From a virus, in the IMG/VR virus record IMGVR_UViG_3300047373_000579, positions 1 through 64,000 of that record: 64,000 nt of DNA; one strand, 5' to 3'. Of this stretch, positions 8,094 to 17,686 are shown one piece after another (positions within the stretch are counted from its first letter, which is position 1; every line of letters begins with the position of its first letter). Below the pieces are notes generated by a model. That model was given only the letters and a program-made list of their open reading frames with translations, ran no database searches and was not told the DNA's origin. The position numbers and the translations under genes were made by a program.

Positions 8094-9272
8094 TTAATTA
8101 CTTAAAGGTGCTTTAATTGTTGGATGTGATTGATAGTTTTCTATTTCAAACTGACCAACCTCTAGATTTTTGAAAACCTCATCTACATCATTTAAAGACT
8201 TTGTATATTTTAATGTTGGTAATGGGAAAGGCATCCTTCTTGAATGTGGGATTTTTCTAAGGTCTAACCAATAATTAATCATTTTATCTGTAAATGGTGA
8301 GATGTCCCCAAAACCTCTAATATCTGATGGGTCAGTTAACATCTCTTTACGTTCTTTCCAAGGGATTTCAGATAATTGTTCCTTAGCTTGTTCAATGTGA
8401 TTCTTATACAAATGACAATCACCCAACGTACCAATCAATTCATCAGGAACCATATTAACTTCTTTAGCGATGATTTCTAAAAGTAATCCATAAGATGCTA
8501 TATTGAATGGTAAACCTAAGAATGTATCTACTGAACGTTGATTCCACATTAGAGAGATTGCTCTACGAGGTATTGAATTATCCATATCAACCGTTTCTCT
8601 AATCATATTTTGGCCTATACCTCCAACGTCTTCATAACCTGCTAACTTCATTCTTTCCTTATCACTCAACTCTCTTGTATAAACCTGAAATCCATAATGA
8701 CAAGGTGGAAGAACCATTTGGTCTAACTCACCTACATTCCAAGCGTTAACCATTAATCGTCTACTATCTGGATTTGTTTTAAGGTCGTTGATTAGATTTT
8801 GGATTTGGTCAATACCATTTCTAAAATTACCGTGAATAAAATCATCTCCATTCCAATTTCTCCATTGACGACCATATACGGGACCTAATTCACCCCACTT
8901 CTTTGCAAACTCATCATCTGTTTTGATACGATTGATGAATTCTTCTTTTGTTGATGTTGGTTTTAGATAATGTTTTTCTTTGAATCCACTCTGATATGCT
9001 TTATAAGCATCACCATCCCAAATATGACAATCATTGTCAACAAGGTATTTAATGTTTGTATCACCACGTAAGAACCATAACAATTCCGTTACAATTCCTT
9101 TCCAATACATTTTCTTTGTTGTTAGTAAAGGAAAACCTTGGTTCATTTTGTGTCTGATTTGTCTCCCGAATACTGAAATTGTTCCTGTTCCTGTTCTATC
9201 CTCTTTCTCTTTTCCGTTGTCTAAAACGTCTTTTAATAATCTTAAATAATCGTGTTCTATATTCATTTCCAA
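8094..9272 (-). CDS. thyA: thymidylate synthase
   Basis: DRTGTGT, FPLLTTKK, ELLWFL, GPVYG.QWR, LPPCH, QRSVD.FLGLPFNIASY, GDCHLY; carries insertions. Confidence 0.97.
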   Translation of the reverse strand: MEMNIEHDYLRLLKDVLDNGKEKEDRTGTGTISVFGRQIRHKMNQGFPLLTTKKMYWKGIVTELLWFLRGDTNIKYLVDNDCHIWDGDAYKAYQSGFKEKHYLKPTSTKEEFINRIKTDDEFAKKWGELGPVYGRQWRNWNGDDFIHGNFRNGIDQIQNLINDLKTNPDSRRLMVNAWNVGELDQMVLPPCHYGFQVYTRELSDKERMKLAGYEDVGGIGQNMIRETVDMDNSIPRRAISLMWNQRSVDTFLGLPFNIASYGLLLEIIAKEVNMVPDELIGTLGDCHLYKNHIEQAKEQLSEIPWKERKEMLTDPSDIRGFGDISPFTDKMINYWLDLRKIPHSRRMPFPLPTLKYTKSLNDVDEVFKNLEVGQFEIENYQSHPTIKAPLSN

Positions 9273-9607
9273 AACATTTGTATCATTAATATTGAAAAGG
9301 CTAGTAATAAAGTTACTAACGTTTTTAAGTTAAGTCCTTGATTAAAAAAGTAACTAACCAACAACCCATAAATTATAATCCCTATAGCGAAACCAATAAA
9401 TCTAGGTGGCCAAAATAAACCATCAAAAGCACCCACACCCCATTTAGTTGCCCATATAAAAAGTATTGAAGCGGGAATACCAATTAAGGACACCAATAAA
9501 AGATTATCTTTCCAACCCTTCCAAATAAATTGACCGTTTAATTGGAACCATATCAAAATATGACCCAACAAGAAAAATAATGAACATATTAATAAATTCT
9601 TAACCAT
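9263..9607 (-). CDS. small multi-pass membrane protein
   Basis: Four hydrophobic segments in 114 aa (SMR/DMT-like size). Confidence 0.7.
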   Translation of the reverse strand: MVKNLLICSLFFLLGHILIWFQLNGQFIWKGWKDNLLLVSLIGIPASILFIWATKWGVGAFDGLFWPPRFIGFAIGIIIYGLLVSYFFNQGLNLKTLVTLLLAFSILMIQMFWK

Positions 9608-9743
9608 CTACTTTTTTTGGTTTACAGGGTTTATCACATTTATTACAGAAGTATACATTACCCATCCCTAAAAAATTAGGTGTGTATTGTACACTAGCCT
9701 GACAACAGTTACTTACTATTTCTTTTTCTTTTTTGGTTTCCAT
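9600..9743 (-). CDS. small Cys-rich zinc-ribbon-like protein (47 aa, not in ORF track)
   Basis: METKKEKEIVSNCCQASV...YFCNKCDKPCKP; fills the gap and overlaps both neighbours. Confidence 0.6.
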   Translation of the reverse strand: METKKEKEIVSNCCQASVQYTPNFLGMGNVYFCNKCDKPCKPKKVDG

Positions 9744-9996
9744 TAGCCCTTCTACTTAATTCGTTTTTTAATTTCCAGTAATTACTTTTTATAAATTCTT
9801 GGTTTTTTTCATTTTCTTCTTTAACCATTACTCTAGTTGACGCAACCAAAATAGAACACACCACACCCATAATAATATTGTCGTAATTAATATCTTGGTT
9901 TAGTAAATAACATATAGGTACGTATATGGATATAAAAAATATATAGACAACTATAAACTGTATTGTAAAATCTTTTATTTTGTTAAAGTATTTCAT
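9709..9996 (-). CDS. membrane protein
   Basis: Two hydrophobic segments and basic C-terminus. Confidence 0.6.
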   Translation of the reverse strand: MKYFNKIKDFTIQFIVVYIFFISIYVPICYLLNQDINYDNIIMGVVCSILVASTRVMVKEENEKNQEFIKSNYWKLKNELSRRANGNQKRKRNSK

Positions 9997-10228
9997 GTTT
10001 TTTTAATTTAAATTTTAATCTGAATGCTTTTTGATTCATTATTTTATCGTAGTCTTCTCTGTAAAGTTCTACTGTTGTTCTATTACCACCTTGTTCAACA
10101 ATAGTAACAAAACAATTTTTATCAGTCAAATAATTAATCTTTAAATCATACCACTTAAGTACACTTTCATAAGAAATCTCATCCCACCATAATTCATTTG
10201 GAAATCTAATTTTTATTATTCCATCCAT
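9983..10228 (-). CDS. hypothetical protein
   Basis: 81-aa ORF in an overlapping run of minus-strand genes. Confidence 0.65.
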   Translation of the reverse strand: MDGIIKIRFPNELWWDEISYESVLKWYDLKINYLTDKNCFVTIVEQGGNRTTVELYREDYDKIMNQKAFRLKFKLKKHEIL

Positions 10229-10424
10229 TTTTTAATTTCATTTTTTTACTAAAGATAATTTTTTTAAACATTTCACTAATTTCATCATGTTCGTCTATTT
10301 TATATTGTTGTTTAAACATGTTAATATAACGTTCAGCGTATTTTAATTGTTCTAAAGTTTTACAACTATCTATTACAGACAAAGCTTTACTATAATCGGG
10401 TATCGGTGAGTCAAATAAGTCCAT
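10206..10424 (-). CDS. hypothetical phage protein
   Basis: 72 aa, VIDSCKTLEQL..AERYI motif. Confidence 0.7.
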   Translation of the reverse strand: MDLFDSPIPDYSKALSVIDSCKTLEQLKYAERYINMFKQQYKIDEHDEISEMFKKIIFSKKMKLKNGWNNKN

Positions 10425-10497
10425 TTATTTTAATGTTACTATAAATATAGAATATTATATTTACTATATCAACAGTGTTTGTTAATATTTATATTAA

Positions 10498-10815
10498 ATG
10501 GATAGTTTAGAGAAAACAGAAGATAAGGTTAATTTTATGGTTGGGCTATTCAAATTTCACCAACCAACATTAACTATAGTTGAACAGGTTGCTTTGTTGA
10601 CTGTGTGGGAAGAATCTTGTGTATTACAAGAAGAATATGAAATAGCTGAAGCTTTATTAAATGAAATGTCCATAATACAAAATAACCCAAGTGAGGTACC
10701 ACAAAAATCTGATTCAGATGTCAGTTATGATATTGTGGAAAAAAAAGTAATTAAAAAACCTTTTTATTTTAAATTTTTTAAATGGGTTAAAAGTTTGTTT
10801 AAAAATAAAGTTTAA
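10498..10815 (+). CDS. hypothetical protein with UVR-like motif
   Basis: EEYEIAEAL; AATATTTAT at 10484-10492 upstream. Confidence 0.65.
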   Translation: MDSLEKTEDKVNFMVGLFKFHQPTLTIVEQVALLTVWEESCVLQEEYEIAEALLNEMSIIQNNPSEVPQKSDSDVSYDIVEKKVIKKPFYFKFFKWVKSLFKNKV

Positions 10816-11717
10816 CTTAAAATTAATTTATCATAACTTTTTTTATATTCTAACACAGCCAATTCTTTAGCTTTAGCCTCCATCATAATATCAATATCAT
10901 GACCATAAGTGTTAACTTTTGTTCTGACATAATCATGGTGAGCTCTAAACATTTTTTCATCTCTTGGTTCTGATACGTGTACGGCTGGTGTAATATCTTT
11001 AGGCCATGTAGATATAGCCATTTCCAAAGCTTCTTGGTGAGACATACCATCAGGGTGACAAGTATGGTGATGATAATCAAAAACAATCGGTATCCCTGTA
11101 TTTTCATGAATAAACATTAAGTCACGTACAGTATATGCGGACTGCTTGTCATCATTCTCAACAGTTAAACGTGACTTCGTGTTTTTATCCAGTAACTTGA
11201 AGTTATCTACCCATCTTTGTAAAGCCGAACTTTTATCACCGTACACCCCACCAACATGTATATTTATTTTGTTGTATGGTGTAGTAGTAAGACCCATCAT
11301 ATCCATAATTTGGGATTGTTTGTTTAGGTCAGCAATTGTTTTTTTTACCACGTTTTCAGTTGGTGAAGCTAAAACATTGAAAGGTCCGGGATGAAAAGTA
11401 AGTCTTTGTCCGTATTTCTTAGCTAGATTACCAACGCCTAATAATAGGGTACATATTTTTTTATAATCAGGTAAGTCGGAAAAATCATACTCAGACATCC
11501 ATGGAAACATGTCTGATGACATACGGTAGAATTTAATATTGTTTTTTTCATTCCACTTAACGATGTGTATAAGGTCTCTAACGTTTTGTAAAACCAAACT
11601 AGAAACATAACGAATACCCTTGGTATCAAAAGTTTTACGAATCATACCACGGTTGGTGGTAATTTTTGGTTTCTGAGAACCTAGGGTCATATTAATACAA
11701 GCATATCCAATATTCAT
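10812..11717 (-). CDS. uvsE: UV-damage endonuclease
   Basis: IGYACIN, FYRMSS, RLTFHPGPF, INIHVGG, RLTVENDD, PIVFDYHHH, MMEAKAKE. Confidence 0.95.
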   Translation of the reverse strand: MNIGYACINMTLGSQKPKITTNRGMIRKTFDTKGIRYVSSLVLQNVRDLIHIVKWNEKNNIKFYRMSSDMFPWMSEYDFSDLPDYKKICTLLLGVGNLAKKYGQRLTFHPGPFNVLASPTENVVKKTIADLNKQSQIMDMMGLTTTPYNKINIHVGGVYGDKSSALQRWVDNFKLLDKNTKSRLTVENDDKQSAYTVRDLMFIHENTGIPIVFDYHHHTCHPDGMSHQEALEMAISTWPKDITPAVHVSEPRDEKMFRAHHDYVRTKVNTYGHDIDIMMEAKAKELAVLEYKKSYDKLILS

Positions 11718-11721
11718 ACCA

Positions 11722-11753
11722 CAAATATAACATTTATTTTGTGATTAAACAAG
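11722..11753 (-). promoter_or_regulatory. Bacteroidota-type housekeeping-sigma promoter of uvsE
   Basis: CTTG-N20-TATATTTG, 4 nt upstream of ATG. Confidence 0.7.
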
Positions 11754-11760
11754 TTAAAAT

Positions 11761-11769
11761 GATATTTAT
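11761..11769 (+). promoter_or_regulatory. putative late promoter GATATTTAT
   Basis: 6 nt upstream of ATG 11776. Confidence 0.6.
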
Positions 11770-11775
11770 TAATAT

Positions 11776-12030
11776 ATGAGTGAGTTTTTAGATAAAATTA
11801 GTAAGGTTTATTTGATATTAAAATCAATAAAAGATTCTAAATACAAATATATTGCCGTAATTAACCCTAAAAACAATGAAAAGATTATGAAAATAAAGAT
11901 GAATTTAGAAGATAAAAGTTTAGTGGATTTTTTAGATACTTTTTTTGATGAAGGGTTTAAAATTGAGAGTATAGATAAAAAGGAATTTGATTCTTTATCC
12001 ACAAAAGATGTTTTAAAATTCAAAATATAA
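11776..12030 (+). CDS. hypothetical protein
   Basis: 84-aa ORF after late motif. Confidence 0.65.
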   Translation: MSEFLDKISKVYLILKSIKDSKYKYIAVINPKNNEKIMKIKMNLEDKSLVDFLDTFFDEGFKIESIDKKEFDSLSTKDVLKFKI

Positions 12031-12042
12031 TAAATAATAAAA

Positions 12043-12444
12043 ATGAAAAAAAAAATGAAAAAAATTAAAAAAATTAGTTCTAACAATATAAAAGATATCG
12101 TTAAAGAACATTTTTTAGAAGATTCTTTATTACCTGAACATAAAATAGATACTATAATTAAAGAATACCTAAGTGAAAGAGAAGATTTTATTGATGATGA
12201 TTCACCAATAAAAGATGAGTATGAGTTTAGTCCAAAAACTAGTGAGGCACTATCTGATATGGTAGATGGATTAAGTGAAATGCTTGACGACTTGGAGATA
12301 ATTAAAGAGAAAGAGGGTAATGTTATTGTTTATGATAATACCTATGCTGATGAGTATTTGGATGATATAATGAACAAATTAGAAGACTTAATGCATGATA
12401 TTATGTTTTTAACTTCACTAAATTCCGATGAACAAATAGATTAA
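12043..12444 (+). CDS. acidic protein with leader-like IKDIVKE / IDTIIKE segments
   Basis: 133-aa ORF; start may be at 12055. Confidence 0.7.
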   Translation: MKKKMKKIKKISSNNIKDIVKEHFLEDSLLPEHKIDTIIKEYLSEREDFIDDDSPIKDEYEFSPKTSEALSDMVDGLSEMLDDLEIIKEKEGNVIVYDNTYADEYLDDIMNKLEDLMHDIMFLTSLNSDEQID

Positions 12445-12445
12445 T

Positions 12446-15160
12446 ATGGGTATTTATTCTAATTTAAGAAGAAATATAGTAGAAAGTGGTAGGGTTTATA
12501 AAATTAAAGACCTTTTTGGTGGTTTAATAAAAGAAAATCAAACAACTTTATTGGATGACCCAAAGTTTTACGACATTTCTACCAAAACATTAAAATTAGG
12601 TAATCTTTGTGCAAGAGATATTGAACAAAATAAAACACCTAAAATTAATGTAGGGGGGCAGATGTACACCACTTACTGTGCTTTAGCTCATCTCACCTCA
12701 ATCTTAGACCCTAATCTAGTAACAAAATTTCATTATAATATAGATAAAATTTATAATTTTTTAAGACGTGATTTAAAATACGACAATAGAGTTAAATTTC
12801 ATAGTTTATTAAAAACTATTTTAGAATACGATGACCCCGCAAACACAATGAATATTATTGTTACTTTTATTGAGGGTGAAGATAATGTTGATGAGATTGC
12901 TGTCGCTTTAGATAGATTTAGAAAATCAGAAGAAGTTACGGAATTAGAAATAGATGAGTTTTTACGAAGAGTTAAATCGGCTGGGCACCAAGAGTACGAA
13001 AAAAGTTTTTATGGTGACCATTTCCAAAAGTACCAAACTAGACTTTCTTTAAAATATAAAACTGAAAAAGAGAATTTAAGTATTTTAAAAAGAATAGAAG
13101 ATGTGATAGATGGTAAATACACTGTTGGGGAAGCGGTTAATTCACTTTATAAAAATATAAATGAAAATTATTCAGCTCAAGAAATGATTAAAGCTGATTT
13201 AAAGTGTGTGAAAAGTGTTTATGACAAAAATGGTGATGTTATCATAGAAAATGGTGAATTAATAGAAGTTAAAAAAATTGATTACGCAGCAGATAGTTAT
13301 TTATCTGAATTTATGTCAATGTATAAAAGTAGTCAATTACCAGATTACGCACATGAAACAAAATACCTAAAAACCTATAATCAAATAATAGATGGGTTAT
13401 ACCAAAAATTTGAGGGTAGGGGTGATATATTGGAGGACGTAAAAAGTAATTTCGCTGGTATTATTTATGATGATAAAATTTTTATAGATAAGAAAGATGT
13501 TGAATTGTATTGGAGTAATAAAGGAAGGAGTAGTTGTTTAAAAGACCATAGATTAAGTATTAGATATAGAATTAAAAGTTCTAATTTAATGGGTTATGTT
13601 TATGAAGGTGGTGATGTTTTAACTGAAAAACCAATAAAAATAAACCTATCTACCGATAAAATTCTTTGCCCTATAACAAAACCAAGAAAAATAAAAGAAT
13701 CTTATAACCTACAACAAATCTCCAATTTATTATTAGAAGGTAGGAAAGAAGATATTCTTAAAAAATACGGGATAGACGAAGAAACCACAGATGCAATTAA
13801 TTATTTTTCAGATAATGACCCATCTGGTAATAACAAATATTTAGAGTGGATGTTTAAAAATTGGTCAGGTCTAGGGAAAAATAGAGATTATGTACCATTA
13901 GACTATGAAGTCGTAGATGTTATAAAAACATTCCATGAAAATATACAAAGAATTAAAAATAAAGACATAAATTCTTATTCTTTCTTAGAACTTAAAAAAA
14001 CAGTTAAAGAGGCAGAAGAAAAAAGAAAATTAGCTCAATTAAAAAAAGAAGCTAAAAAACAAAAAACTGTTATTTATGATGATGATAGGTGGTTAGTGGT
14101 TTCACCCCATTCTTGGAAAGCTTCTTGTTATTATGGTGCGGGAACCAAATGGTGTGTCACATCTAAAGATACAGCAAGTCATTGGAATAATTATTCAAAA
14201 AAAGCCACTTTCTTTTATATCATAGATAAAACCAAAACTAAAAAAGATAGGTATTACAAAGTTGCCTATAGACAATTAAAAAAGTCTAAGTTTGAGTTAT
14301 GGGACGCTGAAGACATAGAATTTTCAAGTCGAAGGTTTGGTCGAGAATGGTTTAGTGAATTACCTGAAGAATTAAAAGAAAAAGCATTAATTTACCACAA
14401 CGAAAAATTCCCAAAAATGGTCGGTGTACCAGAATGGGTAGATGATGACTATTCAGCCCAAGCTTTAGTTAATCATTTAAATACTGCAGATATAAGTCGA
14501 ACAAATAGAGACCACTATGGTTTAGATGTTTATGAAGTAGATGGTGAGGACTGGTGTTCCGCGCAAGAAGATGATGTTGACGGGGCGGTAATGGAGTATT
14601 ATACTAACTATAGTGACGAAGAATTAATAGACTACTATGATGAGGAAGGTTATTATATTTACTTGGACGATGAAGAACAATATATAGAAAGTGAAGTATA
14701 TTCTTATATTTCAGATTTAAGTGAAGAAGAAATTTTATCAATAACAGGTATAGATAGTGATATAGAAAGAATAGAGGAAAAGATAGAAGAATTACGTAAT
14801 AAGTTAGAAAATACTGATGAAGAAGATGAAGATAGGGTTGAGGATTTAGAATCTGAAATAGAATCATATTTAGGTGAATTAGAACAAACACGTTATGAAG
14901 CTAAAACTACACTCGAAGATGATTATAAAAACGATTGGGAAAGTTGTTTAGAAGATGGTGTGGTTAGTTGTTTAGTTTATGATAAAGGCTTTTATCGTAG
15001 TGCGAGTGATTTATATAGAGCAGGTTTTGTCTACCTTGAAAGGGAAGATTTAATAGACAGTTTAATTGGTTATAGTGATTATGAAATGTTAACTGATTAT
15101 GGTTGGGAAGAAGAACAAGATGACGATGGTGATGAGTTTATAGTATTTAGGGTGGATTAA
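12446..15160 (+). CDS. large multidomain protein; C-terminal half has a GTKWC-motif domain
   Basis: 904 aa; linker KIKES...LLLEG; DPSGNNKYL, RWLVV.P, YGAGTKWCV shared with 54800-55540. Confidence 0.8.
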   Translation: MGIYSNLRRNIVESGRVYKIKDLFGGLIKENQTTLLDDPKFYDISTKTLKLGNLCARDIEQNKTPKINVGGQMYTTYCALAHLTSILDPNLVTKFHYNIDKIYNFLRRDLKYDNRVKFHSLLKTILEYDDPANTMNIIVTFIEGEDNVDEIAVALDRFRKSEEVTELEIDEFLRRVKSAGHQEYEKSFYGDHFQKYQTRLSLKYKTEKENLSILKRIEDVIDGKYTVGEAVNSLYKNINENYSAQEMIKADLKCVKSVYDKNGDVIIENGELIEVKKIDYAADSYLSEFMSMYKSSQLPDYAHETKYLKTYNQIIDGLYQKFEGRGDILEDVKSNFAGIIYDDKIFIDKKDVELYWSNKGRSSCLKDHRLSIRYRIKSSNLMGYVYEGGDVLTEKPIKINLSTDKILCPITKPRKIKESYNLQQISNLLLEGRKEDILKKYGIDEETTDAINYFSDNDPSGNNKYLEWMFKNWSGLGKNRDYVPLDYEVVDVIKTFHENIQRIKNKDINSYSFLELKKTVKEAEEKRKLAQLKKEAKKQKTVIYDDDRWLVVSPHSWKASCYYGAGTKWCVTSKDTASHWNNYSKKATFFYIIDKTKTKKDRYYKVAYRQLKKSKFELWDAEDIEFSSRRFGREWFSELPEELKEKALIYHNEKFPKMVGVPEWVDDDYSAQALVNHLNTADISRTNRDHYGLDVYEVDGEDWCSAQEDDVDGAVMEYYTNYSDEELIDYYDEEGYYIYLDDEEQYIESEVYSYISDLSEEEILSITGIDSDIERIEEKIEELRNKLENTDEEDEDRVEDLESEIESYLGELEQTRYEAKTTLEDDYKNDWESCLEDGVVSCLVYDKGFYRSASDLYRAGFVYLEREDLIDSLIGYSDYEMLTDYGWEEEQDDDGDEFIVFRVD

Positions 15161-15182
15161 TCAGTTTCTTTTTACCTTCTTT

Positions 15183-15191
15183 GATATTTAT
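15183..15191 (+). promoter_or_regulatory. putative late promoter GATATTTAT
   Basis: Upstream of the fibre gene cluster. Confidence 0.65.
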
Positions 15192-15210
15192 AATAAAAAA
15201 AGAATAAAAC

Positions 15211-17685
15211 ATGTCAATTCCATTAACATTAAGATTAGTAAAAGGTAGTAAATTAACTTTTGCTGAGTTAGACCAAAATTTTATTTCATTAAGAAATGCT
15301 ATAAATACAGCAACTGGTTCAGACACATTTGTAACTGGGGGTACTTATAACCCGGCTACGGTAGAATTAAATTTTACTGGTAACGGTGGGTTTAATCCCT
15401 TTAATGTAGACGTTTCAAATTTATTAGACACTTATGTAAGTGGTGGTGTTTATAACCCTACAACGGGTTGTGCTACTTTTACCACAACAAGTGGTTATAC
15501 TTTTGATGTTTGTGGTTTCTTAACAGGAGCTACAGGAACAGCGGAAGTTGTTTGGACAGGAGGTTCAGCCGGAAATTTCTCAGTAAGACAAATAACAGAT
15601 ACAACAACAGATGCGACAGGTAATTATTCTGTCGCACAAGGATTTAACACCACAGCTAGTGGTGTAGGTTCCCACGCAGAAGGGTATCAAGCAACGGCTA
15701 GTGGTGATTATTCCCACGCAGAAGGCGGTTTTAGTGGTAAAGGTGGTGGTGGTAATACAGCTTTTGGTTTGGCGTCTCACGCTGAAGGAGCTAATACTAT
15801 CGCTAGTGGAAGAACCTCACATACAGAAGGGTTTAATACCATCGCTTTAGGTGCAAACGCTCACGCAGAAGGAGCAACAACAACCGCTAGTGGGTACGCT
15901 TCACACTCGGAAGGGTCTAATACAATCGCAAGTGGTTTATTTTCTCACGCTGAAGGTAACCAAACTCAAGCAACAGGGACAACATCTCACGCAGAAGGTT
16001 ATTTAACACAAGCTTTTGGTGATTATTCCCATTCTGAAGGATTCGAAACACAATCTTTGGGTGATTATTCTCACGCAGAAGGATTGAGAACAACAGCAAG
16101 TGGTCGTTATTCTCACGCTGAAGGTATTGGGTTTACTGGAAAAGGTGGTTTTGCGAGTGGTATTGGTTCTCACTCAGAAGGTTATCTAACAAAAGCGATA
16201 GGAAACTATTCACACGCAGAAGGTGAGGATACAAGCGCTAGTGGGACTAATTCTCACGCCCAAGGTTGGGGTACAATAGCCAGTGGTATTGGTTCTCACT
16301 CAGAAGGTTACTTTACGACAGCTAGTGGTCGTTATTCTCACGCGGGTGGTGATAATTCTATTGTTTCTGGTGACACTTCTTTTATACATTCCACCGACTC
16401 ATCTTTAACAGGTGATAGGAGTGTTTTATTAGGTGGTCGATTTTTAATAGGTACGGAAGATGATACAGTTTATGTTCCTTATCTTAATATAAACAATATT
16501 AACACGGGTACATCTATTAATAACTTAGGTATTGATTCTAGTGGTAATGTTGTTGTAGGGACCACAGGAGCACCACAATTCACTGGAAACACATCCGCAA
16601 CTTGTATAAACGAATTATGGGTATCCAATATATCAGGGTGTAGTCCTGTAACAATAGGTACTGAGGTAGTAACCAATGGTCAAATAACAGCAAACAACGA
16701 TATTAAATTACCAGACAATTCCCAAATAATGTTGGGTGACTCATCAGACTTTAGAATTTATCATGACGGTATTAATACTAGGGTAGGTGAGAGTGGTACA
16801 GGTAACTTACTTATTTCAGGTACAGAAATATGGTTATCTGATAGTACAACAGGAAAATCTTTTTTAAGAACTTATTCTTCCCAAGGTAAAGCAGAATTAT
16901 TATGGAGTGGCTCCCCAAGACTTTATACAAGTGCTGATGGAATAGTCATTCAAAATGAAGACTTATTAGTTGAAGATGGTAATGTTGGTGTTGGCACCCT
17001 GTCACCGTCATCTAGATTAGAGGTATTAGGACTTACAGATAATTCAAGTGGAGATACTTTGGTTCTTAAAGGTTCGGGTGGTACTACAAATATGGTTGTC
17101 CAAGACGGGGGTTATGTTGGTATTGGTACATCTTCTCCGACAAAAACTTTAGATGTTGTAGGAGAAACAAGATTATCTGGAAGTGGACAAAATATATTAA
17201 CAATAATCGGTTCAGGTGATACACAACCTTTATTTACAGTACAAGGTTCTAGTGGTGAGTTATTTAGTATTACAGATAGTTTAACGGGTTCCTTATTCTC
17301 AGTTAATGATATTTCAGGGTTACCAATATTAGAAGTATTTGATGATGATACCGTACATATGGGTAGTTATCAAGCACCATCACTTAACACTACTGTGATT
17401 ACAAATCCAGGTACTGGATTATCAACAGTTTACTCATTACCTGTAAGTGCGTATACAGGGGCTTTCTTTGATTATACAGTTTCTAACACAACAGGGGCTA
17501 GAGCGGGTAATATAATGTCAATATTTAGTGGTTCAACAGTTGAGTTTAATGAAACTACAACAAGTGATATTGGTTCGACCACCCCAATAACCTTTACTAT
17601 GTCTTCTGATGGTTCTAATGCTACTCTACAAGTGTCAGCTACTACCACAGGATGGGAAGTGAAGACGATTGTAAGAAGTATATAA
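15211..17685 (+). CDS. fibre / adhesin-like virion protein with YadA-head-like repeats
   Basis: Many ~14-aa (T)ASGxxSHAEG repeats, G(N/Y)VG(V/I)GT motifs, Gly/Thr/Ser-rich. Confidence 0.8.
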   Translation: MSIPLTLRLVKGSKLTFAELDQNFISLRNAINTATGSDTFVTGGTYNPATVELNFTGNGGFNPFNVDVSNLLDTYVSGGVYNPTTGCATFTTTSGYTFDVCGFLTGATGTAEVVWTGGSAGNFSVRQITDTTTDATGNYSVAQGFNTTASGVGSHAEGYQATASGDYSHAEGGFSGKGGGGNTAFGLASHAEGANTIASGRTSHTEGFNTIALGANAHAEGATTTASGYASHSEGSNTIASGLFSHAEGNQTQATGTTSHAEGYLTQAFGDYSHSEGFETQSLGDYSHAEGLRTTASGRYSHAEGIGFTGKGGFASGIGSHSEGYLTKAIGNYSHAEGEDTSASGTNSHAQGWGTIASGIGSHSEGYFTTASGRYSHAGGDNSIVSGDTSFIHSTDSSLTGDRSVLLGGRFLIGTEDDTVYVPYLNINNINTGTSINNLGIDSSGNVVVGTTGAPQFTGNTSATCINELWVSNISGCSPVTIGTEVVTNGQITANNDIKLPDNSQIMLGDSSDFRIYHDGINTRVGESGTGNLLISGTEIWLSDSTTGKSFLRTYSSQGKAELLWSGSPRLYTSADGIVIQNEDLLVEDGNVGVGTLSPSSRLEVLGLTDNSSGDTLVLKGSGGTTNMVVQDGGYVGIGTSSPTKTLDVVGETRLSGSGQNILTIIGSGDTQPLFTVQGSSGELFSITDSLTGSLFSVNDISGLPILEVFDDDTVHMGSYQAPSLNTTVITNPGTGLSTVYSLPVSAYTGAFFDYTVSNTTGARAGNIMSIFSGSTVEFNETTTSDIGSTTPITFTMSSDGSNATLQVSATTTGWEVKTIVRSI

Positions 17686-17686
17686 A

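Noticed and set aside
15640-16350. Repetitive TCTCACGCAGAAGG-like units as a non-coding repeat array
   Set aside because: They encode in-frame SHAEG beta-helix repeats of a fibre protein
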